Assembly (NCBI RefSeq): GCF_036971445.1
Contig: NC_091478.1
Coordinates: forward strand, 23,250,001 to 23,314,000
Reading direction: 5' to 3'
Length of the DNA: 64,000 nt
DNA from: Narcine bancroftii
Lineage: Eukaryota
In this document: positions 11,649-23,600 of the stretch, in pieces
How positions within the stretch are numbered: position 1 is the first letter of the stretch
Layout: every line of letters begins with the position of its first letter
Position numbers and translations under genes: made by a program
The notes under the pieces: model-generated
Database searches by the model: none
Told to the model about the DNA's origin: nothing
Seen by the model: only the letters and a program-made list of their open reading frames with translations

Positions 11649-14600
11649 CTGGAATAAATGGCAGAGGTGGTTAGCGTGAAACAGACCCTTTGGCCAAAAT
11701 CGCCCATGCTGACCCAATTAACATTCTGGGATAGTCCCGCTTGCCTGCATTTGGTCCATCTCCTTCCGAAGGGGCGGCACAGTTAGTGAAGCAGTGAGAG
11801 CAACTCTATTACAGTGCCAGCGACCCAGGTTTGAGTCAGGCACTGCGTGGAGTTTGTATGTTCTCCCCATGCCCTGCCACTCTCCAAAAATATATGGGGT
11901 TTGTAGGTTAATTGGGTATAATTATTTGGCATGGGTTTCATGGGATTTCTACTGCATCATTAAATTGCATCCTTACTCTCCATATATCAGTCGAAATTTA
12001 TTTTAAATGTTGAACTTGTGTCCGCAAAGATAGCTTCCTTTCGTTATTTTATTTGCAATCTGCTAAATTCAAATTTGTACTTTGAGGTTTAACTTATTAT
12101 ACCGAGTGCAGGTAAAAGCTTTCTTCTGCAAGCAAACTAACAGGTAATCTCAAACATTCGTGCAGCCATGGCATGAGCTCACTTTACAGAGAAGAGAAAG
12201 GTGAATTAGTACCAAGCAAAGGCAATATTACAGTTAAATTGTGGGGTTCATTCAGGAATCTGGTAGATGTTGTATCATTAAGCCTGTTTGATGTATGTTT
12301 TCACAGTTTAGCCTTCGCCCTGATGAAAAGAAGGAGAAGAGAGTACCCAGGACGTGATGGGTCCACCAGCATGTTGGCAGAGGGAGGCTTAAGGTGGAAA
12401 AGAGACAATTTTTAAAAAGCTGTCAAAGCATGTATTCTGATCACGTGAGGCATCTCCAAGGAACAGAAATGGGTTAATCTTGTCGGGGTGAAGCTGGGTG
12501 CAAAGCAGAGTTAGGGGGAATAATCTCCGTGCTTAAGGTCAGTCCACAGAGAAACAGACCCTTTGGCCCACCATGTCCATGCAGCCCATCAAATACTCAA
12601 CTAGGTTCTTCCCCTTTCCAAGCACTTGGTCCATAACTTCTGACAATTTCATTACTATTTTGATTCTGTGGTGAGGAAGCTATTCAGTAAAGGGATTGAG
12701 AATTGGGCCACACTCACTAGAATTATAAAAGTGCACTACACAGAAACTGGCCCACATCAACTGTGGTACCTCCATGTGCTAATCCTTTTTGCCTACATTG
12801 CGCCTGTATCCCTCTGTTCTGATGTAACTTCCTATGCAAATGTCTGTTACTCATTGCCATCATACCTACCTCTACCACCAATTTGTTCCGGATTACTAGT
12901 GCAATGATAGAGTGCTAGTGATCCTCGTGACCACTAGAGGGAGAAAGAGACTGGTTTGTTGTAGATTCAAGATAGATGTCTCCACACAGTCATGTGTGTA
13001 CTTTAGCTAATAAAGTATAGTTGTTTTAAAAGAACCCAAATTTCTTTATTACAATATCATAAGAGATTGATAGGTTCTTGATTAGCCGAGGCTTCAAAGG
13101 CTATGGGGAGAAGGCCGGACAAATGGCAGGGCAGATTCGATGGGCTGAGAGTCCTATGTCTCATGGTCTTATAAATTTCTCCCTTGTGCCCTGTAGTTCT
13201 CGATTCCACTGTCTGGGAAAAGGACTCTGACTATCCTTTCCATGGCCCTCATAACTTTATAACCGTCCATAACGTCAGCCTATCTAATCTCTCATTATAA
13301 TCACAGTCCTCTATTCCAGGCAATAACCTGGTGAATCTGTTCTGAACCCTCAGTGGCTGCCACATCCTTCCTATAGTGTGATGACCAGAATTATAACCAA
13401 TATTGTAAGTAAAGTGTGGTCTACAGCCACTCTCAACCTTTTTTTTTGATTATGCCTTCCCCCAGGACACTGCTCAAAGTTTGGGCCCCCTTCCCTGTGA
13501 AGCAGTCATATTTTGTTTCTTCTGTACTTCTCTCCTACCGACTGCATGAAAAAAAACATTTAAATATTTATGTTACGCGAGGTGTAAAGAAAACAAGGCT
13601 TTTACTTAAATGTGCTGTGGCCCCCATTGAGAATGGCAGGTCTAACCAATGTTTTGTTCAGCTGCAACTTGACATCTCAATGCCCTGTCCAATGAAGACG
13701 AGGAAACCAACTTCCTCCTGCCCTACCCTATCCACCTGTGTCACTACTTTCAAGGATTTTAGCCCTTGTACAAGATCACTCTGTATATCAGCACCCCTGC
13801 TTTACATCAAGTCAAGTCACCTTTATTTATCATTTAAACCATGCTGGCATGGTAAAGACGAGATAGTGTTTCTCCAGGATCAAGGGGCATATTTACATAA
13901 ATATAAATTATAAGAATTCCTCACACTCTTCTGTGTTAAGTTCCATCTGCCACTGCTCCACTTGACTTTCCAGCCGATCAATGTCCAACTGTATCCTAAA
14001 GACATCCTTCTTTGTCTCCCTGTTCTGTGTTGTTTGCAAACTTGCCTGTCAGACCATATACATTCTAAGTCATTTACAAGCACCAATCACTGGCTGCAGA
14101 CATTCACCCATCCCTCTGTCTTCAATTACCCAGCCAGTTTTGGGCCTAGTTTGCCAATGTGTGTGGAGTCACTTGCCTCAACCTTCTGGACCAAACTACC
14201 ATGTGGGACCTTGTCAAAAAGGACTTGCTAAGGTCCACATAAACTACTTCCATCATTCAGCCCACATCAATATTTTTGTTTCCTCATTCCCCTCTTCATT
14301 ACCTTCTGTGAAATAATTGTGACAATAGATTTTGGGAAAATGTGCAGTCTACTGGATTGAATGAAATGGAATATCTCTGAATGTGGAAGGTGAAGCAGCA
14401 AAGGGGTAGACAAACAGGAGGGTGGGGGGTGGGGGGGAGGGAATGTGGCCCTGCAGGAGGTGTAAAGTTGACAGCAAAAACTAGGAGCAGTGGTGATGAT
14501 CTGAGATTGTCCATATGGAAGGCTGCAGATGCAATACTTACTTGGATCAAAGGTGTCTGGATTCTTCCATTCCTGCTCATCATGGTGAATAGCCCAGAGA

Positions 14601-17600
14601 TTGATTATCACATGAGTGCCTTTGGAGATTGTGTAGTCACCAATGCTAGAAACAAATGGGAATTCATGTTAAAAGTGCATTTCAATGTAATATGTCAGAG
14701 AATGGCCACAAATGATAATGTTGTCGAGGTAGGGGAAGGTGGCCTTCAACTTCAATTAGTCCACCATTTGGTCCATCTGTCTCTAGAAGATTGAAACCCC
14801 ATTTGTGATACCAAATGGAAACCTCCGGAACTGATAATCTCCCATTAGCCTCAAATGTGGTGTAGGGATGGATGGTCCTTTAGAACGGATTGGTAACTGG
14901 TAGCAAGCAGCTTTAAGGTTGATGGTTGAATACTGCATAATTTCGTTCACCGTGTCTAAAATACGAGGGAGGGGGTATGTGTCCAGAAGTGTAAAATGAT
15001 TAATGGTTTGGCTATAGTCAATTATTAGCCTGGAATTTTCTTCCCCCTTAACCACAGCCACCTGTGCTCTCCATGAGCTGGTATTGTGTTTGATAATGTT
15101 CTCATCGAGCAGTTGCTGTGTCTCAGCCTTGATGAATGCCCGGCCCTCTGTGCTGTAGCACCTGCTTTTTGTAGCAATTAGTCTGCAATCAGCGCTCAGA
15201 TTCAGGAACAGTGGAGGTAGATCTATATTCAGTGTGGAGAGACAACAAGAGGCAACAGAGTTCTGGGGTCTTCCATTCCAAACCATAATGGGAGGAAGAA
15301 GTCCAGAATACTCAAGGGTCACATTTTTAAAGTGATATAAGAAATCAAGATCCAACAAGACTGATGCATGTAAATTCTTAAGTATATACATTCTGATCTT
15401 GCAGAATTCCCCCTCCTGCAAGGATAAATGAAGCATACAATGTTCTTGAATATTTACAGACTGCATATGGGACGCTAAAAAAAATTATGATAATTAGAGA
15501 GAAACACTTTAAGATTGTTTTTGAGCTATCTCTGCGTCTATAAAGCTCTCAGTCGAGCCAGAGTCAATTAAACACTTCAGTTTATGTCCGTTAACCCCTA
15601 CCTTCATTGTGGAATTGTTCAGTTGATGAAAAATTTCCTGGTCCAACACCATCACTGCCAGGACTCTGGAGATGCAGTCGTTCCCTTCACTGGGGTCGCT
15701 CCCTCTTGCAGATTGTCAGACTGGCAAGATGGCAGGGCCCATGAGACACAACAAGATGCCCACCCTCCTGTTCCCGCCGATTTTGAAAACTGACAAGATG
15801 GTGGTGCAACAATGTAGCCACTCCCCCTCCTCATCTGATGAGGATGGCACCAGTTTCGAAATGCAGCAACTTGGCCGCTGGGATTTCCCACTTTGCCGTC
15901 CTCACCAGAGGAAGGCCATGGGGCACAACACTGGCATTGGGAGGTCGTGGGATTAGGCTTTGGACTCACCCAAGCCCAGTGGGGGTCACATACGCATTGG
16001 ACCTCTCAACGCTCCCCTTTGCCCTGTAGACCTTTACCCAGTGCCCCTTCTTTCCACATATTGAGCAGATGAAGTCTAACAGGACATCGAGTTCTCAGAT
16101 GCTAGTGCTGACTACGGAAGAAGCCTCCCTTGTTGCTGGAGGCCGCCGTCATCCAGGCCGATGCCACGTGTGGAGCCGCTCCAGGAACCAGATCATCCTG
16201 GAGGCTGCCTTCCAGGTTATCAGCTCCCAGTTGGGCTTTCTTCAGCGTCTTGGCCAGGCGCATGTGGTCAGACACCACCGCGCTGCCTTGCTCTGGCAAC
16301 CGTTCCCGAATGTGCTTGGACCTCACCCCGCTGACAAGATCATCACAGATCTGCTTGTCTTCCCATTCTTGGGCCGCACTGTCTTCGTACCAGCGAGTGC
16401 TCGTAGGATGAGGACAAAATCATCAATGATATCACCAGGCCGCTGCTTCCATTGCGAGAGCTGATGCCTCGCAAGGATGACATTTTGGAGCCTCATGTAG
16501 TGAGCCTTTTGTCTGCCAACTCATAAGTAGTGCAGTCGCTGATGTTCGGGAATCTTTTAGGTCCAATGTGTGAGAGGAGCGCTGACCTCTTGAGTTCATC
16601 CATGGAGTAGACCGTTTGTGTGGCTGCCAGGTACATTCATGTACTCCACCCAATACATGAATTCCTCTGGGGACAGAGGGTTGATTAGGAGCATTGCTGG
16701 TTTCAACAGGGCTTCCATCCTTCACTGAATAAAACTGTAGTGCGACTGAAAGCACTCCAGACCAGAGAGAGAGTACAACACGCTTTATTCAGTAAGAATA
16801 ACAGGCAATAGTCTTTGAACTGAACTGGGGTTTTGGCTGGGATCCAGGGTTAATATTGGAATTATGTGGGGGAAGAGGTGGAGGAGGAGGTGGAGGAGTT
16901 CTTAGAACATCACATCAGTAGTGAATTCTCAGTCCACTACAACCCTTCATAAGTTTAGATTTCTGAATCCACCTTACAATGAAGTAGTTTGGAAGACAAT
17001 TGCTGTTTTAAGATAGGATCTTGGCAGTCAATTGTTGAACTGAAAGCTCCCATGAATATCGGTTAAATAGATTATACTATACCTGTACTCTTCTAGAGCA
17101 TGGGGCAGCATGCTTAGTGTAGCAGTTAGCATAATGCTATTACAGCCTCAGCTACCTGGGTTCGAATGTGCCGCCGTCTGCAAGAAGTTTGAACATTCTT
17201 TCCATGACTGCGTGGGTTTCCTCTGGGTGCTCTGGTTTCCTCCCATGTTCCAAGGACATACAAGGTTAATAGGTTCATTGGTAACATGGATGCATTTTGG
17301 CAGCATGAGCTTGTGGGATGAAGGACCTGCTACCATGCTGTATCTCGAAATTAAAACTGAGAACAGAATGACACAGGAACTGGCTCTTCATCCATGATGT
17401 CTGCACCAAACGTGATGCCAAATTAAACCAAATGAAGCAAAATTTTTATTCAGTGACATACTGAATCTCCTCACAAAGTATAGCTGGAAGAAAAGAGGTT
17501 TGTGCAAGTTGAATGCTTCCAAACTGGGATGATTAGACCTCAGTGTGTTGAGAATACAATGGGCAAGGAATCAATCTGACGTAGACAACAAACATGATCT

Positions 17601-20600
17601 AGCAGAGGGTTGAAGAAGGCTTGACAGATTGAATGTCCAAGTTGTTCCCCAAGGAACAACTTAAAATTCACATGGGTACTTACCTGCTGTCTGTCAAAGC
17701 CAAGTGACGAATCAGGAGAGGGGCAACTGGTTGGATCCGCAGGATTTCACTGATGGTGGCGTTGAGAAGATGCAAATTTTTTCTATCCTTTATTTGAGGA
17801 GTTCTTTCAAATCCAATGTTGTTATCAATTTCCTTTTGTATTTTAGCTTGCAACTACAATAGAAAGAAATAATCAAATTATTTGAGGGTGATGTATAGTG
17901 ATATTTAAAAGACTTAGATGGACACATTGTATCACAAACCGTATCAAATCTCCTCCGGACATCTCTGCATACCACAGCCACCTGTTCACCTCTATCCATT
18001 CACTGCTCATTATATCATCCAAGAGTTCCAGTAAATTTGTCAAACATGGTCTTCCCTTGCTGAATCCATGCCACATCTGTCTGATGAAACTATTTCCATG
18101 CAGATATCTCACCATTTCTTCCTTAAAGATAGCTTCAAACATTTTCATGACTAACTTGTCTGTAGTTACTTGTCTACATGCTTTTTTTTTAATAACAGTG
18201 GTGTAATATTTGCAGTCTTCCAATCTGGTGAGACCTGTCCAGAGAATTTTAGCAAATTACTGCGAATGCATTATTCCATAATTTCACCAGATGGAAATGA
18301 GACAAATCCATTCTAAATGCTAACCTCTTTACCTCTTCAATGTGTGATTAATACTGCAGACCCAATTCTGAGTGTGATGTAAACAATAGCTTTTTTTTAT
18401 TACCAATCCTGAGAAACTGGGTAACCTCAGATACTAATATTTTGAATAGTGTATGAAGTCCTGCGGCCTCATTGCAGGAAGGGTGTGGAAGCTTTGAAGA
18501 GGGTTCACAGGAGATTTCCCAGGATGTTGTCTGGATTGGAAAACACATCTCATGAAGAGTTAGGGATTTTCTCTTTGAAGCGATGAAAGATGACTCGATG
18601 GAGATGAGGAGGGGCTTGCATGGGGTGATCAAGCAACACCTTTTTTCCCAGGGCAACAAGAGCAAATACCAGAGGATATAAGGTGAGTGTAGGAAAGTTT
18701 ATGGAAGAAGTCAGAGGTAAGTTTTTTGACACAGAGTAGTGGGCCACTATGATGGTGGAGGCTGGTACATTTAAAAGACTCTGAGGCACATAGATACAAG
18801 AAAAATCGAGGGGTTATGGGTGTGAGGCTGTTGAGTAGGTTTATATAGGTTGAAGGGTTTGTACTGAGCTGGATTGTTCTGAAAAGGAAAATAGGCTTCA
18901 TTTTGTTTATTGCACTGCCTGCTATGTGAGTTGACTTGCATGGATAACACAAAATGAAGAGTTTTTTTAAACTCTATCTCAGTACATGTGATTTTTTTTT
19001 AAATTCAATTCAAGAGTATTGAGCAATACCACATGTACGGATGTGGGGAAGTAGAATCAAATGGCTTGTTGTGTTAACACCCTTTTACCTCAGGAAAGTG
19101 GATCAAGTAGTGGATGAACCAAGTAATGGTTGTAATTAAGGTCTCCACCCCCGCTCCAAATATGTCCCCCACTATCATAATCAGCTGGTCGTCTGTCATC
19201 CCAGGGTCCAAAATGTTGTTGTTCTTTGCATTTTCCTGAGCTTTCAGCAAAGTGTCGATCAAGTCATTTATAGAGTCTCTGGAGTAGTTTGCCTGGGAAA
19301 GTGAAAATAAGAGATATCAGAGCCTGGTTATGTAATCTAGAGAATTTTTTTAAACTAAAAGGAAGACAAAGCAAATTCCTAGCATAAGGACACTTCAGCC
19401 TGCTTAAAATAGCCAAGGATACAGTCAGAACCCTTGCTTTGTGAGGGGACATTAGCCAACTTCACATTAAAGTATTCTTCCCATGAAGAAAGCTGTGGTT
19501 TTATAAATGATTTGCCCGTCATAGAATGCCTCAGTTGTTAAGAGGGATTGAAGGTTTTCATTGCTAATAGAATGGTGTTCCATCTGCATTGGGAACCTTT
19601 GTGTTAATGACAGGTCCACACTGCAATTCGATAAAAGACTTTGGTTCAAAATGTGAAACTCTGTTGGACTCTACAGGTAATGGTTAATTTTTGGAAAAGA
19701 GTCACAGACAAGAAAAATAAGCAAAAATATTAAACTACTAATTAAATTAATTTAAAAAGTTAAACAGGAAAGTCTGCAGACCCTGCGATTGTAAATGCAA
19801 CACACGAAAGTGCTGGAGAAAACCAGCAGGTCACGCAATGTCTCGCTGCTGAGTTTCTCCAGCACTTCTGTGTGTTGCACAACTACAAATGAAGGGTGAT
19901 GTTCTGGTGTGTGTTAACACTTATTTGTACATCATTGACATTTCTGAACACAAAGCAGGTTGGGGGTATCTAAAACAAGAGGGCATAATTTTAAGATGAG
20001 AGGTGGGTGATTTAAATTGGTACGTTGTTCCACAAAGAATTACTGATATTTGGAAAGTTCTACCAAAAGAGATGGTGCCATCAGGAACAATTATAGTAAA
20101 ACTCCTGGTATCCGTCACCTATGGGGATTGGTAGATACCAGATAAGTGAATTTTCTGTTTGCTTGAGATTGCATGTTGCATGATTGATGAACTAATAGCG
20201 AGGTGTGCCAATTTTAAACTTAAGTATTTTTTTTATCTAATTCTGATTTTTTTTTGTTGCCAGTTGCTCGAATTCCGGATAACAGGGGTTTCACTGTCCT
20301 ACATTCAAGACACACTGGAATAGGTAAGGCAAATGTGATTAGTTCACCTGGGCAAAAGAGGGCCTGTTTCTATGCTGTACACTTCTAGGACTCTATAATG
20401 CACTGCACAGGTAATAGTAGGGCACTGTGTACAACAGCACAAAGCATGGGGAATAGCAAAGGCAGTTAACACATTCATCCAGCTGCATCCAGGACACCAG
20501 TGACGTTGCTGTGATGAACACATTTCACACTGAGCTACCTTGTGCTCTTCAAATTTCTTCTGAAGGATGCTGTCTCGAATGGCAATTGATTGTTTCAGAA

Positions 20601-23600
20601 TTTGGAGATCCTTACAGGGAAAATACTGGAATAGAAACAACAGGAAGAGTTGTTGTCAACAGGTTCTGCAATTAGAGGTTTAGTGTGATTTCCAATGCAA
20701 TTTAGAACATAGATCTGTCCAGCACAGGACAGGCCCTTCAGCCCATAATGTTGTGCTGACCCAACTACATGATCAATCTCACCCAACCATTCTCAACCTC
20801 CTTTCGGCTATGCCACTCCCCACCTACCCCCGCACCCCTAGCATTCTGCTCAGTGTTTGAGTCCCCTTCCAAGTTTTGGTTTTTTTCATATTGACTCTAT
20901 TTTTTTTAAAAAATTGTGACATGAGGTGAAAGGAAAACCAGGATTTTACTTAACTGTTGCTGAATGGGATGGTCCCCAATGAGAATTGCGGATGAACTCT
21001 TCCCGCCTCACAGTGCATCTTTCTTACAAAGTTACTGTCAATCTATCTGGGATGAAAGCTGAGTGACAGGCAAACAAGGATCACTTTCCTCTAATGCCAA
21101 TGCTTTAGAAAGGCAGCCATTGACAATGGAATCCGCCACCTCTAGCACGCCAGAGAGCTATTGGCTGACTGAGGGAATTAACCAAGGCCTCCAACCCATC
21201 ACCAAATTCATAAACTATTGGGCACCTGAGATCCCCACCTTGCTTTGGAGACGCTAACTCTCTACATGCAGACACTTTGCAGAGGAACACCAAGCTTCCT
21301 TAACAAAATCTGCCCCAATCGATTGCAGGGCAGGTGGTCCTAGTGCCCTCTTCCAGGTCCACAGCACCAGGAGAGGCTCTGAACGTGCTCGACAAGCTGC
21401 GGCAGGTGCCTATCACTACACGTCCAATGACAGTCCTTCACTCTGAGCTGCGTCACTACATAGGGGTTAAACACAACAATCTGCAGTGGAGAAATTCAGC
21501 AGGTCACACAACATTAATCAGAAGTAAAAAGGTAACCACCGTTTTGAGCCTGGACCCTTCATCAGGCTTAGAACATGAAACATTACAGTCTCTTTGGCCC
21601 ACTACATAAACCTACTCAACACATTAAACCTTCCCTTCCTCACTCCCATAACCCTCTATTTTTCCTGGATCCTTGTGTTTGGCTAAAATTCTTTAAATGT
21701 CTCTATTGTACCAGCTTCCACCACCACCCCTGGCAATTTATTCCAGGCACCCACTACTTTCTGTGTATAATTTAAAAAAATCGCCCCTGTTGTTTCCCAT
21801 AAACTTATTTCCACTCTCCTACAGATGGCATCTTGGAAAACAGGCAAGAAAGGTAGTTCCAAGCTTTGCCAAATCAAGGCCATCTGCAAATTTGAGGAAC
21901 AAGACCTTGTATTCTGTCTTGGCAAATTCCACCCAGACAGTATGATCATTGACTTCTCCAGTTTCTGTTAACCCTCTCCCCCAATCTCTTTCTCCAACCC
22001 CTCTGTCTTTCTCTGTCCACCTCCCCTTCCCTTTCCCTTCTATCAGAGAGCTACCCTTCTTCGCCCTCTGCTCTCTCACCCTATCACTTCTCGGCTTCTT
22101 TCTTTTCTACCTTCCCACCTCTGTTCACCTATGATCTCTTACCCGTTAACTTATGCTCCACCCCCCCTCCCACCCCTCCACCTTATTATTCAGGCATCTC
22201 CCTGTTTTTCCAGATTCCTGATGAAGGACCAGGCTTGAAACTGATGACCTTTTACTTCCCATGGATGCTGCATGGCCTGCTGAGTTTCTCCAGTGTGGTT
22301 GTGGATGGAACAAAGACTTCAGTGCCTCACACACCCTGCTCGAGGTGTTGTGCAAAACCGCCGAGTGTCAAATGAGAAGGACACTAATGGTGGGTGTGGG
22401 GGGAAACGAGGGTTCAGGGGCCAAGTGTGGACTGCTGGAGATCAACTTGTGGGAACCAAGTGCCAGGACCAGGATTCATGATGGTACTGATGGCAAGCAG
22501 GGCTTCCAGTGAGCCTCAGATGCTGAAGGCTTTGGAGTGCTCTGGGATTTGGGAACCAGAGGTCGAGGGGGGTACGATGGATCACCAATGAGCAGGACAG
22601 GAAACCACATGGAGGTTATCGCAGACACTCAGTGTTTCTGAAGTGACTCTCCTCTGCTTCTCTTTCTTGTTTTAATAGGGACACTGGACTAATAGTGCCT
22701 CTTTGCAACTGGAATGTTGGCCTTGATTGCTAGAAGGATTGAATTTAGGAGCAGGGAGGTTATTCTGCAACTGTACAAGATACTTATGAGGCTGCATCTG
22801 GAGTACTGCATGCAATTCTGGTCTCCTTACTTGAAGGCTTTGGAGGTGGTACAGAGGAGGTTCACCAGGTTGATTCCAGACATGAAAGGGTTAGCCTATG
22901 AAGAGAGATTGAGGTGTCTGTGATTGTACTCACTAAATTTACAAGAATGAGAGGGGATCTTTTACAAATGTATAAAATAATGAAAGGCATTGATAAGATA
23001 GGGATAGGTAAGATGTTTGCATTGGTGGGGGAGTCTAGAACTAGGGGACTTAGCTTAAAGATCCAGGGTAGTAGATTTAGGATAGAGATGAGGAGGAACT
23101 GCTTTTCCCAGAGAGTGGTGAATCACTGTTCATTGAAGCAGTGGATGTGACCTCAATAAATATATTTGACAAGATTGGATAGATTTTTACATAGTAAAGG
23201 AATTAAGGGATATGGGAGAAAAAGGCAGGTGGATGGAGATGAGCCCATCATCAGATCAGCCATGATCGCATTGAATAGCAGAGCAGGCTCAATGGGCCGG
23301 ATGGCCAACTTCTGCTCCTATTTCTTATGTTCTTTGTGTGCCTTTACAGGGCAAACAAAGCAAAATAATTTTTGAGTATCTATCAGGCCACAGAATCTTG
23401 ATCTTGATGATGGGAACAGTGGGAGGAAGCAAAGAAGGAGAAACAACACATCTTCTCCAATCGCCACCTTCCACCCCCCGCAACGTAATCCTGTAAAAAG
23501 CTTCCTCAGCCATCTACAGAACTTGTACCAACAAGTTATCATCAAGGCCAAAGGGGGAAAAAAGGGCGTAAAAATCTAAATGTTATAGACTGAAGATAAT

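Noticed and set aside
11670-11770. Similarity of CYP17 intron 7 sequence to ~41520 and ~52215 as further CYP17 duplicate relics
   Set aside because: It is a common LINE 3'-end-type repeat present at several places, with no adjacent exon homology.
11771-11850. tRNA genes at SINE heads
   Set aside because: These are degenerate tRNA-derived SINE 5' ends followed by V-domain-like cores; no complete cloverleaf.
17749-17751. Ser at the position of human CYP17A1 Arg358 (cytochrome b5 contact) as evidence of lost 17,20-lyase activity
   Set aside because: As I recall, chicken and dogfish CYP17A1 also read ATISE here, so it is probably not diagnostic. The Arg347 equivalent (KDR) is retained.
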